Virus record (IMG/VR): IMGVR_UViG_3300028888_000057
DNA from: a virus
Taxonomy: Duplodnaviria; Caudoviricetes
Length of the DNA: 64,000 bases
Direction: 5' to 3' (one strand)
Shown here piece after piece: positions 32,501-38,517 of the stretch. A program made the position numbers and the translations under genes. The notes under the pieces were generated by a model that ran no database searches, had not been told where the DNA came from, and saw nothing but the letters and a program-made list of their open reading frames with translations. Within the stretch, counting starts at the first letter, position 1; every line of letters starts with the position of its first letter.

Positions 32501-34936
32501 CGTAACAATCCCGCTTGATGAATTCACACGACCTTCTTTTCGCGCTTGTTCATATCCGGCTTCACCATATTCTCCAACGTATGATTTTTTATCTAAAAAT
32601 TTAAACCCTTCAAATTGCTTCACGGATGAATCTGTAAGAATTGCTCCGATGTCGTCCGCATTAGCTTTAAAGAATTTTTGACGTCTTAACTCGCGTTTCT
32701 GATCGTCTGTCAAACTACGTCCTTTGCCCATAAGATCAAGAACATCTTGTTTGTCCGCAGTTGCACTTGGAGCCCAATACATTAATTTGCCATTTTCGTT
32801 TGAAACCATCCAATTGCCATTCGCAGATTCTCCAACTTCATCTGGATTAAATGTTCCCATAATAGATCCAAACATATAATCAAGATCAACAGGATTCATC
32901 ACGTATTTAGCAAAGCCCATCGCTGACCGCATTTGCACTGGACCATTTTTAAATAATTTGTTACTTCCTAACGCAGCTCCGTCTATGCGGTTCGGTTTAC
33001 CTTCATATTTTTTTCCTAAAGCATCATACAATGCTTCCATGTTCATAATACGAGTCTGGAAAGGTTTTTCAAATTCACCAAAAACCTCTTCGTAAGGCAT
33101 AGAAGATGACGCAGATTTAGAAAAGTTATTTATTTGTTTTATAAGTTTATCTTCTGGTATATCTCTCAAACCATTAGCATTTAGACCGCCAAAAAAAGAT
33201 GGGATATGACGTTCTTCAGCCCATGTGTTAATTTGTTTTTTAAGATCATTTTCAATCAGCGAAATCGAATCTTCATTTTGCATTAAATATGAATATTTTC
33301 TTCCGCCATATTCATAATCTTTACTTACAAGATTTTTTAATTCTGGGAGTCGACTTTCATTGATTGTTCCATCTTTTAAAAAATATGGCTTTGTTGATAA
33401 CGTCAAGATTGGCGGCGTTTTATAGATCGGCTTACCTGTACTCTCATCGCGACCAAATCCGAACGTGCCATTACCAACTCCGAAGCTCATATTGTTTCCG
33501 TTGGAATCTTTCCAGATGTCGGAAATAAGTTTCATTATTGGACTGTTAGTTCTTACAATAAATTGATCGTCTTCTGACTGATCAAATAAACCTGTTTTCT
33601 TTTTCCAGTTTGGATCACTTTCAACAAGACGACCCGTAGAAGAATCAACCCTTGTACGAGGAATAATAAATTGAGTCGGCGTACCAACAGTTTTTATTTT
33701 CGAACCTGAACTTCTATATTCAATTGGAGATCTTAAATAATCATTTACATTAACATTAGAATCGGCAACGATAGAACCGTCTCGCGAAAGAAGATCTAAT
33801 ACACCAATAGCAGACCTAACGCGTCCGCTCATGCGTCGATCTTGACGAGTATTTTCGCTGAAATCACGAATGTCTGAATCGTAAAAAGCATATCCTCTTC
33901 TTGAATCAGCGATTTGCCTAAGCGACAATCCTGCAAGTTTTCCAGCTTGAGCTCTAGTCAAACTTTTAGCCCAACGAAGCTCACCGCCTTCTCGTCTTGC
34001 AACGCCAGCCGCCTCTAAAATATCATAAACGTCAGAAGCATCGTCACTGTGTTCGATATAATCTTGAAGTTCTTTATATAATCCGGTTTTAACATTTATT
34101 CTTTGCTTTGGACTTTTTAAAGACTGTCTCCAGTTTTGAATATCTTGTTCTTCTGCTGACCCATTATTATAGTAAGCTCTTCTGAATTGTTCTGGGATAA
34201 TATCATGTGCATAAGTATGCCGTCTACCTGCTTTAAAAGGCGCTTCTGCGAGAAGAGATTGTCCAATTGATCGAGAGGCAGATGTATTATTTGACAGCAA
34301 CATTAATCGTAAATTGTTTTTTATTTGCTGATCCGTAAATTCTTGTCCGTTTCCTGCTGCTTTAAAACTATTTTTTATCGCGTTGTCGTTTGCTAAAACA
34401 GAAACATACCGATCTAAAGTAGGAGTTTGACCTTTGAATTGCTTCGCATTTAACTCAGCAATCCTGTTATTAACAGCGCGATTCATGATCGTAGGCGCGT
34501 TTTGTTTGAATGCGTGTTTACTCCATCCTAAATCCTGATCGTATGCTTCGTTGATCGCATTGATTCTTGCCGCAAATTCACGCAATCCAAGACTTTTAGT
34601 TATTAACGATGTTTCATCTAAACCTTTTCCGTAGTCCCTTTTCATTTGATTAATTAATCCAGAAACAGTTCTGGTGACATCCATAAATGGAGCAACCAAG
34701 GACTGAGAAAAGTTCTTGCCAAATTTAGTAATTTGCGATTGAAGCGTTGTTAATCCGTTTGAATACAAATTTAAGCTTTCTAAAAAATATTGAACAGACT
34801 CATTTTGGGGATCGTTAAATAGATCGATGGGGCTGCTCTTAACATTATTTCTTAATTCTTCTACTGCCTGACTGGCATCGTCAATCCCTTGTTTATTTAA
34901 TGTTGTTAATATCTCAACTGAAACAGTATTTGACAT
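17588..34936 (-). CDS. Giant tape-measure protein fused to N-terminal RNA polymerase and PD-(D/E)XK nuclease domains
   Basis: 5782 aa, RBS AAGGAGG, between tail chaperones and Dit. Tape core at ~aa 2610-2910 (FDASMNEIQ…ATTAAEIGKGM…GTALQTVFSRM…AGTRQTN); C-terminal GGLVDYTGLAWVDGS.SKPEAFL; NTGDFDGD (D1043); PDL…IDYK at aa ~1642-1660. Confidence 0.9.
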   Translation of the reverse strand: MSNTVSVEILTTLNKQGIDDASQAVEELRNNVKSSPIDLFNDPQNESVQYFLESLNLYSNGLTTLQSQITKFGKNFSQSLVAPFMDVTRTVSGLINQMKRDYGKGLDETSLITKSLGLREFAARINAINEAYDQDLGWSKHAFKQNAPTIMNRAVNNRIAELNAKQFKGQTPTLDRYVSVLANDNAIKNSFKAAGNGQEFTDQQIKNNLRLMLLSNNTSASRSIGQSLLAEAPFKAGRRHTYAHDIIPEQFRRAYYNNGSAEEQDIQNWRQSLKSPKQRINVKTGLYKELQDYIEHSDDASDVYDILEAAGVARREGGELRWAKSLTRAQAGKLAGLSLRQIADSRRGYAFYDSDIRDFSENTRQDRRMSGRVRSAIGVLDLLSRDGSIVADSNVNVNDYLRSPIEYRSSGSKIKTVGTPTQFIIPRTRVDSSTGRLVESDPNWKKKTGLFDQSEDDQFIVRTNSPIMKLISDIWKDSNGNNMSFGVGNGTFGFGRDESTGKPIYKTPPILTLSTKPYFLKDGTINESRLPELKNLVSKDYEYGGRKYSYLMQNEDSISLIENDLKKQINTWAEERHIPSFFGGLNANGLRDIPEDKLIKQINNFSKSASSSMPYEEVFGEFEKPFQTRIMNMEALYDALGKKYEGKPNRIDGAALGSNKLFKNGPVQMRSAMGFAKYVMNPVDLDYMFGSIMGTFNPDEVGESANGNWMVSNENGKLMYWAPSATADKQDVLDLMGKGRSLTDDQKRELRRQKFFKANADDIGAILTDSSVKQFEGFKFLDKKSYVGEYGEAGYEQARKEGRVNSSSGIVTLLPEEQGAFHDRATPHWMVMRTAYDLSSDPTIMSQQTAAAIGIDAKTQAKSKEEFARRRFHLQSAEGRIEALRRSPYYSRLLDEDANFAYSKEAESYIQSQIRGLKEKERSGYIALPDEVKAKDLVAAVTPMAWLEPLLEAAGKTVDDLPKELQNIATAELNNTGRIATGGKNLSFNKRAAFNRNPDAPDQRIVAYNMASKALGKFGITQEQLDNAIYLTTQQAYQMNTGDFDGDTIRMYAGLEDASYAHMDYISKKIQEAQAEIEKEESYKGNIEEPKAKTGDVLESRIKALENYQKSTRAMGAASKIIRDAMDLPDSDPQKWKLAYKGMKAYDFASSDMRTKGQELKLDKDTESFLSNGGSYLRFVTKLNELAEEDGRDPYLEKEEEALDQLFKVKFATISGPQGALAVALRAIDYENGSTDFSDFNNNVNRLIERKYGKSASSEAQATRWYAKKFSEMMTGRAMTDEDIVNGYDIAQRWEASLSGRNVSTDEEEYKKYNRFVRRIHELESGEGFTVKNLQTERDRILTEIANGNNVEENRDRFGLIDRLVKHQSKRQSDKAVDSAVRDAIKEQAKITSYDAKAEEEAQKAAEEERLKNGVWDDDHIQMNWTSFKHWMPDKEYRLNTTEFTPSGARNTETTIKSFNNLADQILQAQAELRNQPFENEHTLQGLLMHGAFEQYFKAAADGTLNGRSIDDFYTDAYIGGYNDKLNQYGINISRISKDGEKPLFEVKGDRSNTAVQKLNKILPTKNNPVSSSAKFIKSLNNLGFDTERPVNVEGDFYSYGPNGESLGAIPMQKDFNIQIPIRDKDGQIVGYDTSKRTHAKPDLMLRNKNDGLLYTIDYKSSAEGAAESLIQSIFYNSIMDKYAQEYYENLHSPNPETNATSYKAFAGVGHWDDVAKKYVSDLGGVIGYNPREDAHILARRADNESVFAEVEKDVQYAMEHKMIDAKTLDDEGRAYAAAIARESREKRQAEEYTSRAQENHRDMSQKDREFFLSRYPSDLETMNQIRSSIFREMDLPERKFNRFENYRNKLMEVLPEEVVNAVAYGYDSDSPVREKLTDDIRQKLRLLSQIDKLGSEAAVTDWDKAGEDITNSLNGVQRSNTMKTLSGVTSRLLAAKSSRDFIKKMEVGGESIYRGYITKMGPTGEYKELADAYLSPEEQAELFNVDSDNTKLAEVAREQKKRFLDSIDAEEVAMEEIKPALDRYLKSDKEAQDADWSSLIGEIQDPAEMIEAAFADKRKQIQQKIDNWSNEIKEASEKIVNPDITEDEAEAYAKIIKDRQDRIQQADSFLESDKPEAIVQRDLQQRLGLITQTPEEIVENWRKQRRVAVAGNKLTQEESDAILYEEFQRTGLMPDYTRDASSIMSKEEETKVDKINSQADDMLARLNRQRFDQLAKYQRELTNGNLSSTDRADIKVQQLKDQITAQRDVLGLDDPLRNEYDKILDNKDLWDQYSKRNREDEYFREVMKNAQTRVSKRNLDTLFSGEDFSAKEEFDQMYDQMKLQRDRYKAEHINDPDFDRNAFEQEYSNRRIKARAREQVSFNREQRNLQLDAEGYQLDAQLQGRSMTRDEEIQYRLAQAKASRNARAEKLRRAKRYSEQEALLLANTDPILEQRITEQYDNNQILRQLQRDNALTSSAMQGDIRVHNMQRAFSQANRQQQMRYSRSRIAQALYGVEQRRENAREQVYSIDRQKEDAQRNQDYYTKQLEIAKKSGDQEKINAAQFGYDQATQQLKNLDKASQEAKSQLDQLTSGGQTAQAVFGELGQAIGMVAQRLGRQLFQKALQETKRFVKEFDASMNEIQAITMKSNGEMRDVRTGTINRAIGLRTSVSNVATTEAALYRQGLSDTEVADRTESIIKFATVTKLNVAEATKIITTALQNDLVPSAEAAMDALVALGDSAATTAAEIGKGMQKAAASAKVAGVSYEELTALLTIGTSDTQLSGTQVGTALQTVFSRMRRLSLTGYTADQNGEKTTASDAEAALAAVGVDLWDNKTVGQMRSAYDVMLDLSKVWKNLSDAQKSIVTNAMAGTRQTNIFSTLMEGMSEDNGATLEKYLGLAEGSEGVTQSKYEIAMQSLAASMDTVRSSWDAVVESFVNGGDITNVLDLLSGFLQNIANGSNAAPILGGIAAGIAAIAVALNSVKLGPLAGIATILAALGGFAVASYGTNLLAGLGSTETEREKFEKKNAKALETLGTTKSYNDNDVKTQQDAIDEVKKLGKVYDSLNEKTDAAAKATAGNNLRAALLDLAKVFPNVSDSVQSAIEKLSGWEEAVKSAEDTAQKFKKDADKENVDNANQYVRDYLPENYRTLEGENITESRASEFEIGLKRALSNEQFIRGQGVNFSDDLTKEQAMSINFRDGGWLGLVEGEDENLARKRRANVFKRLWSSDQGKYRNSLKTFLSDSRYEDILQWLDGTQSLDLENEGVLDRISNAYEYVLDQFFSGNFTEARNQEQRKQNIQQVIDDAINSYKTSGTLEQVASLGNTSVEVIESGLRTLLTSQLYDENGNFKREYTRNGQSYSWLNDEGEFNEYALSNWFAQTFDYDNLSNAANEIKSYSETDAPYTIQGVNQTFWNQEDAEKYARDNNIALTKIKNNGTPVYPSTAQKSTQTVTQERQPALAKTEARNRYLNRVLEANTEQSLFDIYDLLAEGAELSNVQRDNPLLYELEQASHRQIRSGVRWSDYQSIAAAMLNGEDTSKAISSLMFNALQGNPNFVEDFTKENGNYSELFKVFQNFFGEQETQRIVEAARNRTLSTDADLQDYVARTLAEKGIKVGTGRTITNKEATDLARNLYGRNFQSLAEAQTVMTEEGWTTDEWSAIQSKYPEIISLLQMKPEQRAEEQEGINLDRNIQIKLNISGISELEEAGKVVQGTTQLLEDLQKNGNVSIKTQLQFGSEMHENQQRALMLENGTYEEQNAAMRAYGISDIEIQKDRAGSLRRAELMAENDREAFAGTLNELARLGQVELAADWAKQNGYEITDALYSYEDAVKFMDRYGFNVLSNGDVVGQSSGKINDKMTQLFWDMTQGKYTYTGKGANIDQVNPFLNAQQHYSQTDIAQAQRRILNGFSRDQFEDKNLYDTAAQSMSTYGTEFRRMVERNREAVSAGGTAVYGSAEMRRAKELADLEASQNEREADRQQLTEQLNMSASRYVRENAQQIVSARDIFTNGSFAEQLGLISGYSDTMRALQQAQYGLEGGNTAENRGYISSLLGLSDEQVDEMLQNGQEGELQTAINDKVKEFYQKLATELLPEELLTSLDFDTMSLDDIISSLDQVPEDLRELIEPFLNAINEAKNGVHSDNTYKSLSDIASSSLESTRKRGAAMSEVYNTLWGEGGEASFSERVSALQQNKNVDWGSIDNGLLYMVNSFGQEGSAITEDMINDAYYNALYGRKASPETQRATMNSLFGGNMSGQNMIDTYRDWMQNQEQYAAEINAFNSLDHSDELANILKSEGVSANTAEKALRKYNEQVNEDKLKDVTQFSKGSANLASALSKIKKGGKDASEGTEMIRKNIEGFQDQMTAISKAQGKSGKQLDTKTLGFIDSLFPEISSDEIKQLSKDRLAELLDGAEDAVNEAATDDFQAIWDSMVDDLSLNYDLSNITVNPDGTLNLDALDDTARAAVEEAIARLEAYAGDLASLTFVQEEGKEKINLKALISKNANGKYHGRGGGGGGGGKSAADKLLEKQKFDVSAIQHDQKMLEIQEKNYDRYNDDAAYRDNVNQQIQVQQRLADQYQKNIQEIENMRRSTKEGSDDWNKLTESLWAAQEAFAGVAEAVDALYAKMDAQQKQLYEYNSTLLQHKQTMSEIDYTFYMNVNDPEAALGEIDKQLTGINDIESEDRRRRAEIVSAMEDEYLRNGESDRYRDLVGERDSLTEKIAKSVNDRITLDATRLDVQRQYQQNEAIPYTHRLNMISSQMERADLNEDTESYNKLFEEQENIYKEIEERNNKHVTQLESLRDYYNSKGQTQNALNTTQEINSLLEQNDNMLTQRDKARKDKLEKEQNDTRESLQRQTMTEEHQNNGYALMANAYKRAGNHGAYRDMMQRQIANWRKMITVQKSLLAIEVQKLKAMVKETEEYYKQLQLVQEIEGKITELEANIANAEMDIMEDRVDEILEGIDRINDLSSHIQKLIKDQGQIYQNQGNWDAYFVMAEKRREELTSSVADMTAQAAQLKAEMGSVPYGSGAWDNLRQKVLSLEESISSARVELENFDRELEGIKVDRLLDEINRHEGNRTHNITLMQYEQTRYQTNGELTNYGIMLQKEIDYRKENTTAMEEELTLLREELENINLSEKDYYRLSDAIKKKEEALLQNNNAIEKNNKLLRQNEQAIRKTRLELEQMVLKVIEDNKKKQRDMLNNTVEMQNIILNVIKRRYQDEWDLEKETLDRKKDALEKEKQLINERLNYRRQMMNAENKYSELNDYQRQLALISADPTRSKESKELTRKIDELRQDIRWDEASQQAEAATERIEDEINAINEYVQIHGENLQEMLLDANNFAAEVKEVLSRSYSDIVLWLQQNDIDYQNSLDERKKQLEEGWKETWMAMKGIVETYWDEINEILSSQDSFMKFMYENSLDYANASVTGQLQLASQWQDGWTNAASAVSVALQAINYTPDIHEDFTPQNSEEAILEALGWDPDFSWYNNGSGYNPSFTSFDDHKNDGKEKGEEEDTKPDDTQPDQPTTEPTPAPTNPSDYAGTGDVVPKSEGPVAPEQPAPSANTGTQQKQQASKSTYDVYDKNGFKTSYSVQASSKTEAQKIVEKEYGSSYSATTHTSTSAGVGGSNVATGVPPLNIDISKPFNDLSNAVGNVLGSFFEGISDLGAKAAEANKQNQEKLLTNKHITGPNAEGGLVDYTGLAWVDGSMSKPEAFLSAYDTANIKALTDALNYVNIEPFRVPNLDKINTSNQTIGDINITINGAEMKDDADFEDVARRVGQEFTKQLRKEGLNLASYTF

Positions 34937-34956
34937 ACCTACTTAACCTCCTTTTA

Positions 34957-34985
34957 TTGACAAATTAAGTATTTCATGTTATAAA
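34957..34985 (+). promoter_or_regulatory. Sigma-A-type promoter
   Basis: TTGACA (34957-62), 17-nt spacer, TATAAA (34980-85) with extended TG; ~40 nt upstream of the ATG at 35027. Confidence 0.7.
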
Positions 34986-35026
34986 AAACGAGCAAACCCC
35001 TGCAATTGAAAAGGAGGAAGACTCGC

Positions 35027-35371
35027 ATGGAAACAATATTAATCAATGAAGTTACTTGTCCTGCCTGCGGAGGGCATTTGTTTGACAAAGAATATATTGA
35101 AAAAAAGTTGTATATATGCAGGCAATCTGTTGATATGTACTTTAGATGTAATCACATACTTGCTTTCTGTAAACAATGCAACAAACTTCAAGACGAAAAA
35201 GAATTCGGAAAGCATGGCGATGTCTGGGAATGCAAAGAATGTGGCGCAATTTGTTGGCCATTAACTGACGAAAAAAGAAGAAGAGAAGAAATTCTTTCTA
35301 AATATGAATCTCGGTCTAAAAAGTTCAACAGCGTTGCCAACGAAATAGAATCTTTACTAAAAAATGAATAA
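35027..35371 (+). CDS. Small multi-CxxC zinc-finger protein
   Basis: RBS AAGGAGG, ATG 35027; CPAC, CKQC, CKEC pairs. Confidence 0.75.
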   Translation: METILINEVTCPACGGHLFDKEYIEKKLYICRQSVDMYFRCNHILAFCKQCNKLQDEKEFGKHGDVWECKECGAICWPLTDEKRRREEILSKYESRSKKFNSVANEIESLLKNE

Positions 35372-35457
35372 TGACATTGTAAAACATCAGAGATTTCACG
35401 ATTTAATTTTCCGTTAATTCAACTTCAATTAATGATTCAAATAAGGAGTGATTAAGA

Positions 35458-35697
35458 ATGGAGCGCATAAGTAACTCGGTGCCCTGCCGCAAATGCGGAG
35501 CCAACGAACATATTCCAAGATATGCACAAAGAGATTTCTTTATATGTAAGAAATGTTCCCAGCCGATCGGTTACAGATGCTCCGGATGTGAAGAGTTTTT
35601 TGAGAATGCCGACAACCTATATTATGACGGCAGTATATACAGATGTAAAATATGTAACACTATACAGTGGGGTTATTCTGATTGGAAGCTACAATAA
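35458..35697 (+). CDS. Small zinc-ribbon protein (4 CxxC)
   Basis: RBS AAGGAG; CRKC, CKKC, CSGC, CKIC. Confidence 0.75.
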   Translation: MERISNSVPCRKCGANEHIPRYAQRDFFICKKCSQPIGYRCSGCEEFFENADNLYYDGSIYRCKICNTIQWGYSDWKLQ

Positions 35698-35740
35698 AAA
35701 AATAGGGGAGAGACAGTTAAATCTCTCCCCTTTTATTATT
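35696..35740. terminator. Bidirectional intrinsic terminator
   Basis: A-tract, GGGGAGAGA-8nt-TCTCTCCCC, T-tract; lies between convergent stops at 35697 and 35736. Confidence 0.75.
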
Positions 35741-36266
35741 TGACAAACTCGTCCAATATGTCTGTTCGTACGATATAAGCACGATTATTGATAGCTTGTT
35801 TTGCCAGCCGCACTTTTCCTTGTATCTCGCTTAAGTAAGATAATGTTCCTATTTCGCTAAGCGCTTGGTATACCGGATATAACAAATCCATTTCGTTCTT
35901 GCAAACTCTTCTTTCACGGCGAACCTCGCACAACTGCTGATATAACTTAAAACCAGCTCTTGCGTTTTTATTTCTGCTCATCTCGATAAAATGAAGAAGG
36001 TCTTGCTGTTCCGATTCTAATTTTGCCAACCGTGCCCGATCTGCTTCGTATCTGGAAAGCATATTCCGGACAGCCTCACAAAATTCTTTGAACGTTTCTT
36101 CAGGATGCAGCGTATCAAACTCTTCGTTGCTTTGTAGTATAGGCTTTGGATCAAAGTGTTCTTTTTCAACTGCAATAGGTTCAATTTCAATCTTTCTAGT
36201 AATCAATGAATCCAGTTGCGCCTGAGACATTCTATCTCTTGTTTTAGCTCTCGTTCTTGCTGACAT
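35736..36266 (-). CDS. Conserved phage hypothetical coiled-coil protein
   Basis: 176 aa, RBS AAGGAG; QDLLHFIE…VRRERRVCKNE…YIVRT motif. Confidence 0.75.
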   Translation of the reverse strand: MSARTRAKTRDRMSQAQLDSLITRKIEIEPIAVEKEHFDPKPILQSNEEFDTLHPEETFKEFCEAVRNMLSRYEADRARLAKLESEQQDLLHFIEMSRNKNARAGFKLYQQLCEVRRERRVCKNEMDLLYPVYQALSEIGTLSYLSEIQGKVRLAKQAINNRAYIVRTDILDEFVK

Positions 36267-36277
36267 AACAAACTCCT

Positions 36278-36664
36278 TTACGCATTATCTGTTGGAGCAG
36301 GGAAGGGAACAATATTGTCCGAAACGGCAGAAGTTCCATGATTTGCTTTCATGAATTCGACTACTTGCTTGATATAATCAGTTTCTTCCTGCATGATAGC
36401 AGGTTCTACAGTAGCGGTGATAAGATCATACAACCAGTCCATAACTTCTTTCTGTTTGGAGTCTCTCTTATTCCGTCTTTCGACTTCAAGCTCGAGTGTT
36501 TCCTTAACCTCTGCCGGGGACACTTCGTAATCTGAAATGTCGTTGAAATACAGCGCGTTATCTGCAAGGACAAGACGCCAGTCTGGTTCAAGATACCAAA
36601 TACCGTTATCAAGCGGATGAACTGCTACTTCCTTAGCTTTGGTAATAAATTCTGAATATAACAT
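36278..36664 (-). CDS. Hypothetical protein
   Basis: 128 aa, RBS GAGGTG. Confidence 0.7.
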   Translation of the reverse strand: MLYSEFITKAKEVAVHPLDNGIWYLEPDWRLVLADNALYFNDISDYEVSPAEVKETLELEVERRNKRDSKQKEVMDWLYDLITATVEPAIMQEETDYIKQVVEFMKANHGTSAVSDNIVPFPAPTDNA

Positions 36665-36673
36665 ACTTTCACC

Positions 36674-36832
36674 TCAATATAGCTTAACAATAAGTCCTTC
36701 ATCGTATGTATTATTTTCTGTATAATATATTTCATCTCGGATGACAACTTCGGTAATCTCAGCGTCCTCCGCTACAACGTGACAGTCCTGTGGGTATTGT
36801 TCCAATATCTCAATTAGATCTCTGACTGTCAT
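36674..36832 (-). CDS. Small hypothetical protein (52 aa)
   Basis: Not in ORF track; MTVRDLIEILEQYPQDCHVV… fills the operon gap. Confidence 0.65.
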   Translation of the reverse strand: MTVRDLIEILEQYPQDCHVVAEDAEITEVVIRDEIYYTENNTYDEGLIVKLY

Positions 36833-36838
36833 TTATAA

Positions 36839-37288
36839 TCACCGTTTCTTATGTTTATTGAAGATGGTTTTCTTTTCTTCAGGAATTACGCCTAATATAT
36901 GAGTCGATTCAGCGACCTTCTCAACAGGCTTTGGCTCTTCCTTCTCGATCTGAGTGCTGCCCTTGATAGCTTCAGGCTCATCCTTTACGGCAACATCAGC
37001 CGACACAATCCCGAATTCCTTAACCTTTGGGTAAGGGTTAGGAAGATTCATCTGTGCAATCTTGCGAACACAATTAATCATACGAATCTTGGAAGAACGT
37101 CCATTAATGGCCTTGGCACGCCAAGCGGCGCAAGCCAGCTTCGCTGTGTAGAACAGTTCGTTTGCTTCAATTACTTCGAAGTGAGGTTCTTCTGCACCTT
37201 CAATCCAGTTCCGAGCACATGCGTTAAAAGTACCTTCGTCGCCGTTTAAGGTTTCCATTACTCTTTCATAAAGTTCATAACTAGTCAT
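36839..37288 (-). CDS. Hypothetical protein
   Basis: 149 aa, RBS AAGGAG. Confidence 0.7.
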   Translation of the reverse strand: MTSYELYERVMETLNGDEGTFNACARNWIEGAEEPHFEVIEANELFYTAKLACAAWRAKAINGRSSKIRMINCVRKIAQMNLPNPYPKVKEFGIVSADVAVKDEPEAIKGSTQIEKEEPKPVEKVAESTHILGVIPEEKKTIFNKHKKR

Positions 37289-37302
37289 TTTACATTTCTC
37301 CT

Positions 37303-37698
37303 TTATTTAAGGTATTCTTCGAACCAGCTGATATCACCAAGGGCTTCCTTAGCCTTTTCTTTCTGGTTCTCGCCAGCCTCAATAACTTTCATTGAACCCG
37401 GCATCGTTAATAATGTAGCCGCACTGTTTGTAGTGCTCTGCTTGTAAAGCGGATTGGCAGCCGCAATCATCTTGTTGATCGCTTCGCCGCCCTTCTTATC
37501 GAATACTGTCTTGCCGTACATATTGGACAGAGACTCGAAGTTCAGTCTCTTTCCCAATGCAGACAGAACGTCTTGGAAGAAGATGTAGTTCATATTATTG
37601 ATTTTGTCTTCGTCTACTTCGCCCAGGTGTGCCGCAATTGCAGCCACAGCTTCGTCAAGACTTAACGCTTCGCTACTGCCTGGGCTTCCCTGTTTTTT
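37303..37698 (-). CDS. Tail assembly chaperone, frameshift extension (gpT-like part of G-T fusion)
   Basis: -1 frame open from the slippery site at 37698 to stop at 37303; annotated GTG 37647 lacks an obvious RBS. Confidence 0.7.
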   Translation of the reverse strand, partial: KKQGSPGSSEALSLDEAVAAIAAHLGEVDEDKINNMNYIFFQDVLSALGKRLNFESLSNMYGKTVFDKKGGEAINKMIAAANPLYKQSTTNSAATLLTMPGSMKVIEAGENQKEKAKEALGDISWFEEYLK

Positions 37699-38258
37699 CT
37701 TGCCGCTTCTTCCTTTTCGTCAATGTGGTTTATCCGGCCAAAGATCTTTACAATCCTATCGATAATGTCTGCATCGAAGTTATCGTAATGATCCCGTACA
37801 AACGTCGAGTCGTCGAACACAGACACAAGGAAGTCATATAACAACTGGTCTGCATCTCTCTTCTCATCTATTACACCCTTGCCGTACGTCAGCAATTCGT
37901 GTAAAGGTACAACCTTTATAATACCGTACCCCGAAGCTCCTTTGTTTCTAAAGTACTTCAGTTTGGTCGGTTTGATTTCGACTTTAATTCCGTCGATAAC
38001 TACGGTATTGTCTTCGTCGTTATCCAAAGGCATTTCTTCTTTGGGAGAAGATTCTTCCGGTGTAGTCTCGACAGGCTCAGACTCTTTTGGAGTCCCTTTT
38101 TTTGCAGACGTTTGAGCGGGTTTTGTTTTGTTGGGTTTAGACGCAGCCGGGGTTTGAACCTTCTCAACCGTCTCTTTAGGAGTGGACACGTCTTGGAGTT
38201 CTCCGGCCGGGGTTTTAGCATCTTCCATTTTAGGATTCGGCAGCTGGACAATCTCCAT
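37662..38258 (-). CDS. Tail assembly chaperone (gpG-like)
   Basis: Between tail tube and tape measure; ATG 38258 with RBS AAGGTG; ends …ARKNREAQAVAKR. Confidence 0.7.
   Translation of the reverse strand: MEIVQLPNPKMEDAKTPAGELQDVSTPKETVEKVQTPAASKPNKTKPAQTSAKKGTPKESEPVETTPEESSPKEEMPLDNDEDNTVVIDGIKVEIKPTKLKYFRNKGASGYGIIKVVPLHELLTYGKGVIDEKRDADQLLYDFLVSVFDDSTFVRDHYDNFDADIIDRIVKIFGRINHIDEKEEAARKNREAQAVAKR
37692..37698 (-). other. Programmed -1 ribosomal frameshift site A AAA AAC
   Basis: XXXYYYZ heptamer in correct phase (AGA AAA AAC) near the chaperone stop; -1 frame joins the downstream ORF. Confidence 0.75.
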
Positions 38259-38397
38259 CGTGCTCACCTTCTTCCTGCCTTATTTCTTTCAGTGTTTTTA
38301 AAATATCATATAGATGATATGAAATATCTTTCAGACTATTCGCAATGCTTTCCAAACTGCATCGAACAGTTCTGATCTTATTGTTGTTGAAAAACAT
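38230..38397 (-). CDS. Small hypothetical protein
   Basis: MFFNNNKIR…, RBS GAAAGGA; overlaps the next start. Confidence 0.45.
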   Translation of the reverse strand: MFFNNNKIRTVRCSLESIANSLKDISYHLYDILKTLKEIRQEEGEHDGDCPAAES

Positions 38398-38417
38398 ATT
38401 CCTTTCTCCCTTCAAAT

Positions 38418-38451
38418 AAAAAAGGGGATACTGTAAGGTTACAGTATCCCC
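38418..38451 (-). terminator. Intrinsic terminator after tail tube gene
   Basis: GGGGATACTGTAA/TTACAGTATCCCC stem followed by U6 on the minus strand. Confidence 0.8.
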
Positions 38452-38517
38452 AAAAGAGATTAACTAACTGAAACCTTTATATAAAAACCTTATCGATAAT
38501 CGTTAGTAATCAAATGC

